The notes under the pieces are model-generated. The model saw only the letters and a list, made by a program, of their open reading frames with translations, was not told where the DNA came from and searched no databases. Positions 54,032 through 63,872 of a stretch of 64,000 bases of DNA are shown here, in pieces. The stretch spans positions 33,606,001 to 33,670,000 of the forward strand of contig NW_024704742.1 in NCBI RefSeq assembly GCF_018977255.1. Direction: 5' to 3'. Source of the stretch: Callorhinchus milii. Lineage: Eukaryota. The number at the start of each line of letters is the position of its first letter. Within the stretch, counting starts at the first letter, position 1. The translations under genes were made by a program, and so were the position numbers.

Positions 54032-54923
54032 ACAGCCAGAGAGCCAGCAATGCTCTTACTGTTGCAATCCTGGCACAAACCAGGCAGAAAGATGTCCTCT
54101 CTAGGAAACCTGCTGTTCTGCACAAATATTTGTCCGCAGTCCACAGCCATTTTAACCCAAGCCAAGTCTCATGTTGTGCAGACTCAAAGCAAACGGACTT
54201 TAATGAAGTAAGGAGTGTTGATGATCACAGTAAATGACCTAACACTATTCACAAAAGATTGGTCTGAAGCTGCAAATGAAATATAAAATGGGACTAAAAT
54301 GCACTCTGTGCAGCTCAGCAAAAAATTTATGTTCTCGAATTGTAATAATAATTTGATGTAGCACCTTTCACCTCAGGACGACATCTCAAAGCTCTTTGTT
54401 CAACAATTTCTCTCAGATGGCAAGGGGATAATCAGTAACTCACCACATGAAAAAGCATCCCATTGTTCTTTGGCACAATGCATGTACTGTTGCAAATACA
54501 CATTGGAAAATCAGGTTTCTCATGAGATAAAGTGCTTGTTGGATAGGTTCCTCCATGGCTCCGTGAGTTTATTTAGCGAGTAGTTGACCTGCACAGAATG
54601 TGGAAGGTTCCAGGGTGCTACAATTCAAAAAAAATCAGCTAGACTATACATACACTGTTCGTTATCTAGTAACCCCTGCTGAGGGCAAGGATCAACCTTG
54701 GTTGGGACCCCCACTCCTGCTTTCATCAAAACACATACAAATATACATGGTCAAGCTCACATCTTGGGCAAGATAATGGAGCGTATTGATGGAATCAACC
54801 GTGGTAGTTGGGAGCGGTTTGTCAAATGCCTTCATGAGAGAGGTACAGAAAAAAAAGAGGAAAAAGAAATGGTTGCGAACAGTTTGGGTAAAACTCACAG
54901 GGGATGGATTCAAAGATACTGAC

Positions 54924-55078
54924 CTTTACCATTTTCAAGTTCCTGTTTGACTTTGTCTGTCACCTCCATTGTTTCACCCTCATTTTGCTGTTTGATTTGT
55001 AACATTGTTTTCTTGAGATTGGACATGCTGGCCTTCTGTAGTTTTAAGTATTCCTGCTTCAAATCTATCCACTCTTTC
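54924..55078 (-). CDS. LARP7: LARP7 exon
   Basis: CACAG|...AAAG|GTCAGT, 155 nt, [29 protein letters not shown]... (human [29 protein letters not shown]). An in-frame alternative donor lies 6 nt earlier. Confidence 0.93.
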
Positions 55079-55729
55079 CTGTGAAAAAAATACATAAAAA
55101 GGATTATTCGTATCATCACAAAAAATATCTATAATTCTATGTTGTGGTGTCAATAGATTGGCAGGAATTTTCAATTCTTCTGTGAAGTTTCTTCCCGTAC
55201 ACTTTTTCCCCCTGAAACGATGGTGGGATGTGGGAGAGTCAAAGGCCTTCAAGGAAGATATGGAAAAATTGGCACAAAGTATAACAAGATTAGAGCTTGT
55301 GAACACTTCACCCTGTGTTGGACTTTTCGACACTCCAGTGTAGTGATGTAATACAAAATTAGATTCATCTTTTTGTTCCACACCACAATGTGCTTAACAC
55401 CTGTACAATATATATAAATGCAGGTTGTTGTTATTGCATTTAACGCTAACATGTGCAACTGAGAAGTTCAGACAGGATCATCCTCGAGTCATTTTAAAGC
55501 AGAGCATTTTCTACTGTTTTAGTTTCAGAATACAGCATTCCACACCAATAAACATTTTATCCAAAGTACACGAAACAACGATTTGTCAAATAATGGATTG
55601 CAACCGAGGAGTTTCTCTCTGAAACGTTTCAAACTAACGGTTTCTGGGAGGAAGCCAGTTTGCAAGTGAATTTTCACCCTTGAAAAACAGTTTAATAGTT
55701 AACTGGAAATGTTCAGAATAATAGCTAAC

Positions 55730-55993
55730 TGTGCCACATTGTCTACAAAAAATTGTGTGTTAATGTATCATTGTGCAGACTATCTAATGCCATTGAACAA
55801 AAGCAGGAATTGAGAAAGGCCCTGGGTCTTCTTGTGATGGCTCTAAGTTCTGCCATTTACAGCTTGTTAACATGCTAGCACCACCCATTGAGGCAAACAG
55901 ATTTAGATACACCAACTAGACAATGGAAATGCAAATGACCGTCCCCTTAAGAAAAGGTGCCTAATTAAAATCAGAGGATGAAAGATATATAAA
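55730..55993 (+). promoter_or_regulatory. Putative promoter of the miRNA cluster: Sox motifs, octamer and TATA box
   Basis: ACAATGG at 55920-55926 next to a perfect ATGCAAAT at 55929-55936, several CATTGT/CATTGA/AACAAAAG motifs at 55735-55895, and TATATAAA at 55986-55993, about 220 bp upstream of the first hairpin. Confidence 0.6.
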
Positions 55994-56211
55994 TATCAGT
56001 GACTGAGAAGTCACAGGGAACAGTAGCCTCGAAGACCAGATGGATCGACAAGGATGACGTAAGTGCAAGCATGTAGCAAGCGTTACTTGTATTTTTAGGT
56101 TGTGTGTTTACCTTGGGGTTTATACAGTTGGGAGTTTGTAACTGTGATCCATGGAACCAGAGTTTGGATTTCATCATTAACTAGAAGGAGCAAAATCTTT
56201 TTGTGTGTCGC

Positions 56212-56278
56212 CTGCTACGTCAACATAGAAGCCTTTCTGTGATATAATTGAGTAAGTGCTTTTATGTTGAAGTGGCAG
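56212..56278 (+). ncRNA. MIR302: miR-302-family pre-miRNA copy 1 (3p UAAGUGCUUUUAUGUUGAAGUGG from 56253)
   Basis: The 5' arm CTGCTACGTCAACATAGAAGCCTTTCT pairs with the 3' arm. Seed AAGUGCU; both arms resemble tetrapod miR-302. Confidence 0.9.
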
Positions 56279-56744
56279 TGGGTGCTTGATTCTTCATTTT
56301 AAAACCTTCGCTAGTGCCAACATGTGTTTCTTGTCTTGTTATTTTTCCACAAATTCTTGGGGGAAACTTTTAGCAAGCAAATGCCCTTGTGTATTTATTT
56401 CAGTGCTTTTCTTAAAGTAACATTAACATGGTGCTTAAAATTTCAGGTTTACGCCAATGCAGAAAAGGAGAAAAAAAGGATGTACTAAAAGTTGGACCAC
56501 CGTTTTAGCCAGGCATTTCTGTTAAGCGAAATTTCAGCAAGTGTTTTATTTTATGCGATGCTGTGTTTCTATATTCTGCAATTTTAATTTTGAGGTATTT
56601 AATTCTAACTTGGATGCTTTTCCAAGTGGGGTGACTGCTTGGAAACCCAATGTGGAGTTAGAAGCAACAAGTAGATTGCTTATTCTGCTACATATATACT
56701 TTAAGAGCAAAAATATGAATTGTTCTTTCACCATAGCACCTATG

Positions 56745-56815
56745 GTGTACCACCACTGCGATCGTGCAATGCTGTTTCTCTGTTCTGGTATTGCACTTCA
56801 GCAATGGTGATGCAC
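56745..56815 (+). ncRNA. MIR367: miR-367 pre-miRNA (3p UAUUGCACUUCAGCAAUGGUGA, 56789-56810)
   Basis: Two differences from human AAUUGCACUUUAGCAAUGGUGA; the 5' arm CACCACTGCGATCGTGCAATGC is complementary. Confidence 0.92.
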
Positions 56816-56942
56816 TGTACAGTACCTTCATTCTCCAATGCAACACTGGTGTGTCATTTTGTGAAAAATAATCTGGATTGTTGGTAAAGGAAATTGTACT
56901 ATTTTCTCTGCTCCCTTTTTCCCTCCCAAACCTTAAAAAGCC

Positions 56943-57002
56943 ACCTTTTACAACGTTATTGATGGCAAGTGGCTAGTTGCCATCAATAACGTTGTAAAAG
57001 GT
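56943..57002. repeat. Perfect 26-bp inverted repeat with 8-nt loop
   Basis: ACCTTTTACAACGTTATTGATGGCAA-GTGGCTAG-TTGCCATCAATAACGTTGTAAAAGGT. Confidence 0.95.
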
Positions 57003-57230
57003 ACATGAGCATGTATAGAATACTGGAATTTTGCATGTAATATAATTTCTTCTAAATGTTCTCTTATTTTAATGAGCTTTCCAACCTTACTGCCTTGTTA
57101 CGTATCGATACAGCAGTTTTAATGAGAATGTTTTTCACTGTAAATTTGAGAGCCTATTGATCTGGATGGTTTTAGTATGATGCATTTAACCAAAAGGTGT
57201 GATGGCCATAATGCAAAATTCAGTGCTGTT

Positions 57231-57299
57231 ACTAGTTACTCTCAACAAATGAGACTTGCTGTTGAGTCACGTAAGTACTCGTATGTTCGGTTCTCTAGT
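57231..57299 (+). ncRNA. miR-302/430-family pre-miRNA copy 2, seed variant (3p UAAGUACUCGUAUGUUCGGUUC from 57272)
   Basis: AACAAATGAGACTTGC pairs with GTAAGTACTCGTATGTT; basal pairing ACTAG/CTAGT. Confidence 0.7.
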
Positions 57300-57348
57300 T
57301 TACAGGTTTGGTATGCACACCCAAGAAATGTTTTGAATTTGTGTTCTC

Positions 57349-57415
57349 CAGCTCGCCTAACAGTAAAGCCTTCCTTTATAAGGATCTAGTAAGTGCTTTT
57401 CTGTTAGGGAAACTG
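57349..57415 (+). ncRNA. miR-302/430-family pre-miRNA copy 3 (3p UAAGUGCUUUUCUGUUAGGGAA from 57390)
   Basis: CCTAACAGTAAAGCCTTCCT pairs with AGTAAGTGCTTTTCTGTTAGG. Confidence 0.85.
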
Positions 57416-57781
57416 TAGAATGCATTCTCATCCTGGGAAGCCTTTTCAAGTGTGTACAATACTCGGCAAGTTTAGCTTTTATTTTCTTAAAATCCTTTCG
57501 TAAGATGCAAGCGCTGTCCTGGTAAATTAGCCAAAGCACAATGCTCGGTTCAATGTTGGTGCTAATTTTAAACTCAATTCTGAGGTGGGATGCTTTCTGT
57601 TTATTCTCTGTAAATAATACTGACCTTTTATGTGTCTTTTCAGACGTTGACATTACTGGTGTTCCTACTGTGCAGATTTACTTCACGCAGAACCTGGTGT
57701 GTTCTGTGCACCTTTATACGAATTCCAGTATACAACTCTACTACAATTCTTCCTCAATTTTAACGTCAATGACCTGTGACC

Positions 57782-57851
57782 TAGTGATCCCGATATGCAA
57801 GTACTTGCTGTATCCAAGATGAAGTAAGTGCTTATCATATTGGGATTTCTA
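57782..57851 (+). ncRNA. miR-302/430-family pre-miRNA copy 4 (3p UAAGUGCUUAUCAUAUUGGGAUU from 57825)
   Basis: GATCCCGATATGCAAGTACTTGCT pairs with AGTAAGTGCTTATCATATTGGGATT. Confidence 0.88.
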
Positions 57852-57921
57852 TTGTAGAACAAATGACCCATTGGTAATTCAGAAAAATCCTGGATCGTGT
57901 TGCCGGATGTTTTGAGCTGTG

Positions 57922-57992
57922 CCAAGAGCTCCCAACATGCTAGCACATGCTGTGTATTGCTCTAGTAAGTGCTTTTATGTTGGGATTTCTGG
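57922..57992 (+). ncRNA. miR-302/430-family pre-miRNA copy 5 (3p UAAGUGCUUUUAUGUUGGGAUU from 57966)
   Basis: TCCCAACATGCTAGCACATGCT pairs with AGTAAGTGCTTTTATGTTGGGA. Confidence 0.88.
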
Positions 57993-58041
57993 AGTCAGAT
58001 GAACTTATTGTGCACCATAAAACGCCGTTTTGTCACGTCCT

Positions 58042-58118
58042 GTGTTTTAGAGCCTCTAACATGTGAGTTCTTGCAACCTTACTAAGTAAGTGCTCCCATG
58101 TTGGGATTTCTAGAGCAT
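58042..58118 (+). ncRNA. miR-302/430-family pre-miRNA copy 6 (3p UAAGUGCUCCCAUGUUGGGAUU from 58087)
   Basis: GTGTTTTAGAG..CTCTAACATGTGAGTTCTTGC pairs with GTAAGTGCTCCCATGTTGGGA..TTCTAGAGCAT. Confidence 0.85.
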
Positions 58119-58370
58119 AGACAAATTGTAAAACTTCTTCCCAACAGAATTTGTAAACTTGTACCTGGTTTGCTTCTTAAGCACTAAAACCTTGTTATTT
58201 AATGCTTTTTGCAATAAAATGTTCTTGTGCTCCAATATAGTTTCTAAATAAAGTCTTAATGCTGCAGAGCCTCTTGTGAAAACTTGCTGCTCTCAGGATT
58301 TCTCCTCTCAGGATTTCTACAGAAGAATCTACAGATGTACAAAGAATTTCATCTTAGGAGCAGCAATAGT

Positions 58371-58448
58371 GTAATTTGGAAGCACCAAGATGGAAGGCTT
58401 GCTGTTTTTATCTTCCAGTAAGTGCTTCATATTGGTGTTCTTAAATGC
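58371..58448 (+). ncRNA. miR-302/430-family pre-miRNA copy 7 (3p UAAGUGCUUCAUAUUGGUGUUC from 58419)
   Basis: AGCACCAAGATGGAAGGCTTGCTG pairs with CAGTAAGTGCTTCATATTGGTGTT. Confidence 0.85.
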
Positions 58449-58545
58449 ACAAATAAGAAGTTATTGGCAAGAAGCCAATCTTTTCATTCTTGTCCTGTAA
58501 ACTGATGATGGAAAGCTGTTGCTTTGTTTCTTGTCGGATTTTAAA

Positions 58546-58551
58546 AATAAA
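58546..58551 (+). terminator. Candidate poly(A) signal for the miRNA host transcript
   Basis: AATAAA about 100 nt after the last hairpin, followed by the T/GT-rich tract TTTTGTTTTTACTTGT. Other AATAAA at 58213 and 58247. Confidence 0.4.
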
Positions 58552-59149
58552 TGGATTTACAACTACGATTTTGTTTTTACTTGTCCACTTTTCACATCAG
58601 ACACTTTTAAAACTTCCCAAGGCGCTTAAATTAGGGAGGTGTTTCAACCCTCTGCAACCAGCAGAGGCCATGCTGTAAATGGGTTCATACTTGTGGTGGG
58701 GTGGAGTGTGTTGGTGGGCGGGGGGGGGGGGAAGGAAAGTGAGGAAGTCAATTGTCCGAAGAGGCCAGGCCTCAGAAGGCACATGCGACAATATTGTCCG
58801 AAGGGAAGGTTCAGCACGAAAAAAGTTTGGGAGCTGCTTGAGCTGCTGGAGGATTGTTAAACCAGGTCTTTTGGATTCTGGTTCGCCATCTTATTTCTAG
58901 TTCTAATTGCACTTCAGCCTTCTACTTCTATGAACTCTTGCATTTTTACTTCTAGACTATATTCTTATAGATCTCGTGGGAGACGTACGGTGAGGTTTAC
59001 TGCCCTGGAAATGATCTGGGGTCTGATAATAAAACACATGTAATCGGTTTTAAAAAATTACACTCACAATTGTTTTGCTGAAATTTTCACATTGCATCCA
59101 AAGCAATAAAAGGATTTACTGTAAAGTGATTCTGGCACAACGTCCCTCC

Positions 59150-59770
59150 GGCCTGCGGGCTGACCACCTAGCTCCCGGTCTCTGCGTGCGCATTGAACCC
59201 TGACCAGAAATGCGCCCTCCCACCCCCGCAGAAATGCTCCCCCTTCTCGGTCCTTCTCTCCCACCACCCTCCTCTCCTGAACCCCATCACTGGCCATCCT
59301 CTGCTCCGGCTTGGCCAATCCTCCACTAGGCCTTGGCACTCACTCTTCTCCCCTAGAGCCAGTTTCCCACTTGCTGACTTTCTCTTCAAAATGTCTTAAA
59401 GCCCTCCTGATCCATGACTCATCCTGAAGGGGAACATGGACATTCTTGGACTCACTGAGATCTGGCTGTCCCCCGGTGATTCTGTCCCTTGATTGAAGCC
59501 CCCACTCTGGATACACCTTTCACTTCCTCAACCTCTGCCCAAACTTCCCCTGGCTCTACTATTCCTCCGGCTCCTTCCCATCTTTTGAACACTTAACCCT
59601 GTACCATTCACCCCCTCTGCTTCAAAATCCTCATTTATTGTCTTCCCAAACCGCCTGGTTTCTTCATCTCTGACATTTTCTCCCTCTGCACTGAACTGAA
59701 CCCCTGATCATAATGGGTGATTTCAACCTTTACCTAAACTCCCCTTGCCCCATTTCCTCTGACTGCCTAT
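59150..59770 (+). mobile_element. Degenerate L2-like fragments (3' end and endonuclease remnant)
   Basis: DILGLTEIWL at about 59440 and GDFN at about 59716 (APE motifs); L2 3'-end-like sequence before that. Confidence 0.55.
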
Positions 59771-60837
59771 GATCACCTCCCCCCTCCCTGATGTTTGCTC
59801 AGCCACTGTCAGTGCTCTGGGACACTACCCTGCATGAGGGGCACTGTAGAGCTGCAAGTTGTTGCTGAAATGATTACCAATTTTTTTGCAGGATACTGGG
59901 AGAAACTCTTTTATGATCGAATAATGCAATGGGATCTTTAACTTCCACAGGCAGACAAGACAGTACCTTGGTTTAACGTCCCGTCCAAAGGATGAACATC
60001 TCTGACAACACAGCACAATGCAGCACCTCACTGGAGTGTCAGCCCAGACTGTATAAATTGAAAGTTCCGACATAGGGCGAGGAGTTCAAAACTACAATCA
60101 TTTTTGTCCTTTCTGTCAATTTCCGACCTTGCAACCTCCCTACCCCCAGCCCTGCATTGTAGTGTCATCTTAGACGATGTGTTCCCATTCAATGAATCCA
60201 TGATCCATGTAAATTCCCGAAATTCACCTTCTCTTCTAGAATTAAAATGAAGATTCAGCTAAACAAGGAACCCAAATTACCTACATCTGAAGGTTTGATT
60301 CTCTTGCCTGTGGGTCCGTTTGATTTACAGGAACTAGCAATGGCTCTGGGGAAAGCAACCATATGTGGTTCACTCAAACATGTTACCATTATCAAACACT
60401 ATAAAAACCCCTGTATTCAGAAATTAAATGAAGATGAATGACATCATAAGCGACACCCAATTGTTCCCCCTACATTGTTCCACCCCGAGGTGGAAACAAT
60501 CGTTTTATTGCCAGTAGATTAACACTGAATTTAGGAGGTTCCCTTTTCAACATTACAGGATAGCTGTAGACTTTACCGTTTCCCAAATAATACTAATTTA
60601 ATTTAGTGCTACAATGGGATATATGAGACCTGTAAAGGTCAAATCTTGATTCCATCAAGTGATACCCTTTCTCCATGGTGAAAAATATGCATGTGGGCAT
60701 CTAATGAAACAAAATTCTCAGGTCGACGATATTCATAGGTGAACAAATGATACATTAAAGCAGTTACCCTGCAGTCTGGGAGGGGTAATTACATTTGACT
60801 AAATTCCCCCCTTAATTGTATGATTAATTTAACTTAC

Positions 60838-60976
60838 TTGGAAAATACTCTGAGAGGAATGACTTCTTCTTCCAGCTTGTGTCTATCCTTGTGTTTCTTC
60901 TTCCGCTTCCTCTTGCTCTTAGACATGGACTCGTCCTTCTTATCTCCAGAACCTCGCTCATCTTCTGTCGAAGCAT
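60838..60976 (-). CDS. LARP7: LARP7 exon
   Basis: CCAAG|...CAA|GTAAGT, 139 nt, [47 protein letters not shown] (human ...[21 protein letters not shown]). Confidence 0.95.
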
Positions 60977-62404
60977 CTTGGAAATAAAATGATCATTTCA
61001 TTTCAAATTTGAGCATCTTCTTAGTTGGCTTAGCCAACAAGTGGTAGAACTGCCAACTTTCTGTTCCAGTAAAAACAACTCTCAGAACTAAACCTCATTC
61101 TTGATTTCGAGTGATTTCTAAACCCTCTCCATGGCTCTGACATCCTTCCTAAAATAGAGTGCGCAAAACGTAGAAATATCCAACAAGCCTAACAAAAATC
61201 CCAACAGGCCTAACCAATGATTTGTACACGTTTAGTACTTATCTCTTAATGAGGGAGATAAAAATAGAGGACTAAGGGGCAAGGATAAGAAGTGGAGGGG
61301 AAAAAAGGAGGACTGATACCTGACCGGGCATAAATACTTGCACAAACATAATAATCATCACATTTTGCAATAGCTGGGCCAAATTGCCTAGTTCAGTGCT
61401 GTGTGATATGAAATTCTTTGCTTCTGTGCACTCGTGCTTCGTTTATAAAATCTAAGACCCCAATTCAATCCACAACTGTTTGTGGGACACTGTTGTGCCA
61501 ATTGGCTGCTGTGTTTCGCCCACAAAATATACAGTCAATTCACTTTACAGTATATTCTGTGAAGGACTTTAGAGATGTCTCGAAGACGTGATAAGGAGCT
61601 ATATCAAATACAAGGATTGTTATAATAGATTTCTTAGTTTAGTCAACTTGCTGTCCCACATTTAAATATTTGAGCATCTGAGCCCCTAGATTTCTTCCAA
61701 ATTTCCTATCATTCCAAAATATTTTTCTGCATTAAAACTTCATCTGCCATCTATCTGCTCTATGAATTGACTCGTCAGCAGCAACTTGCACTTATAGTGC
61801 TTTTCAGGTTGATCAGTATCTCAAAAGTACTTTACAGAACCAGGGGAAACTAGATTAAGTGGGGGTAAGGAAGGAGGTTGCCGAAGGCAAGGTTTAAGTG
61901 GTAAGTATTTAGAAAAGATTGAAAGCAGAGAGGGGAGGTGCAAGGCAAAGGGATTTGGGGAGAGATTTCCAAATTAGGGGAATAGTGGTTTCAAGCTTGG
62001 CCACGAATGGTGGTATTACACTGAAATCAGTTTGAGATGCTCCTTATTTCTGTGTCACCTACAAATATTCGTGTTGTGCCCCTACACCTCCACCTATAAA
62101 ATTTTATGACGGATTTAGGACAAGTCTGAAATGGTCTTTGGATCTGTGATGCATCAAAAAATAATAATTGGGTCACTCGATCGATGACTGTTTGTGGGAC
62201 ACTGCTATGCACAATTCGCTGCTGCGTTTCGCCTACAAAATGCACAGTCACTACACTCCACAGTATACCCTGTGAAGGGCTTTGAAACATCTCTAAGATG
62301 TGATAAGGTGCTGTATCAAATGCAAGGAGTATTATTATTAGCAGAGATGCATCAGTCACCATTATCCATTAGCGATCCATACAGTTTAGAGAAAGAAAAT
62401 TCAC

Positions 62405-62779
62405 CTTTAGTCTCCTTTTCTCGTGCTGCTTTCTTTTCCTTTTCTCGGCGGGAGCTGCCCTTGTCACTTGTTTTCCTCACTTTTGCAGACACTCCGTCTT
62501 GTTTTTCAGGACTTCTCTTTCGCTTCCTCGCTCTGCTCTCTTCACAGGATTCGGTGCTTGCAGATTTATCCCTTTTCCTTGACTCCCCTTTTGACGAAAT
62601 GTTCCTGTGCCCATCGGTTTCTGAGCAGTCTGAAGTGGCTCTGCTCCCTTTCCCTTTCTCCTTTTCCAAGACTTCGGTGCTTGTTTCTCTATGGGAATGT
62701 TCCATTGCCTCTGCTGCAGACCGGCTGGGGTTTTCAGTCTTGCTCCGTGATTTCTTTTTCTTTTTTTTCTTCTTCTCAT
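62405..62779 (-). CDS. LARP7: LARP7 exon (Lys/Ser/Glu-rich linker); upstream exons lie beyond the window
   Basis: TTTCAG|...AAAG|GTGAAT, 375 nt open frame DEKKKKKKKSRSK...RARKRKRS..., phase-compatible with the next exon. Confidence 0.85.
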
Positions 62780-63499
62780 CTGAAACGCAGATCAAAATGA
62801 TACTTAAAAATAAGAACTCTGGCAAAGCAGTGATGTAATTGTTTCCTCAAATAATAAGATGGAAATAGAATGTGTCAGGCCAGGTGCAACACTTCTGCAG
62901 TGTTTGAAATCACAAAATGATTTATAAGGTGGATATTAATAGACTGTTTCACCTTGTTGGTGAATCCAAACCAAGGGGGGAGGGGATATAAATAATAAAT
63001 AGCTAGTAGAAATTAAATAAATTAAATAGTCCACAAGAGTGAGCCTTGTGGCTCTTAAACTCGATCCTCTGGAGAAATGGGGAGCTAGCGAACCTGGGGA
63101 AGGTCATAGTGCGGGAGAGGACACGAGCTGCAGAATTCTGAATAATCTGCAGCTTGTGGAGGGAAGAGTTGAGAAGTCTGGTGAGCAGAGAGTTAGCATA
63201 GTCAAGCCTGGACATAATTAAAGCATGGATGAGAATTCACTTTACAGTGTGTTCTGTGAAGCGCTTTGGGACGTCCTCCTGACGTGAAAAGCGCTATATC
63301 AAATGCAAGGATTATTATTATTATTATTGGTAACCTAAGGGGAGAGGTGGTGGTGGAGGTGGACAATATTACGGAGGTGGGGGAACGCAGGACGGGTCAT
63401 GCCATGGATATGAAAGGCATTTTAAGTGCAAATTGTTGCTGTTAATGGCTCTTTAGTGACCCCTGCTGGAATAACGTATGCCATTAAATGGATTTAAAT

Positions 63500-63872
63500 T
63501 ATAATAATAAATATAATCGTTGCATTTGATATAGCGCCTTATCTCAAAGCACTTCATAGAATATACTGTTAAGTGAATAGAGTGTATATTTTGTGGACGA
63601 AACGTGACAGCCAATTGCGCACAACAGTGTCCCACAAACAGTCGTGGATTGAGTGACCAAGTTATTAATATTTATTTATTTATTTTGAAGGGATTATTAC
63701 CCCTGGAAAAGCGATCCGCTACTCGACTAACAACCGGGTTCCTAATTCCCTCTAGGTAAACAGAGGCGTGTGATGTAAGGAAGCTTCTCCAATGTTTCGC
63801 CCTGCCTGGTAATCCAACCCAGGTCCTCTCGCTTGTGAGGTAAGAGCTCTAACCACTAAACTACAGGAGTCC
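63500..63872 (-). mobile_element. tRNA-derived SINE, diverged
   Basis: Head, core and tail on the minus strand. Confidence 0.8.

Noticed and set aside
54528..54550. TAAAGTGCTTGTTGG seed-like sequence
   Set aside because: It lies in a different intron, upstream of the putative promoter, and I see no matching 5' arm.
56060..56082. TAAGTGCAAG as an eighth family miRNA
   Set aside because: No complementary upstream arm; better read as a splice donor.
57522..57570. AAATTAGC/GCTAATTT stem-loop within the cluster
   Set aside because: The stem is too short and interrupted for a precursor call.
57272..58441. Recurring GTAAGTGCT...TTGGGATTTCT motif as a CRISPR-like array
   Set aside because: Vertebrate DNA, irregular spacing, no cas genes; each unit is the 3' arm of a miRNA hairpin.
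62194..62838. 214-aa plus-strand ORF
   Set aside because: Antisense shadow of the purine-rich LARP7 exon plus SINE sequence.
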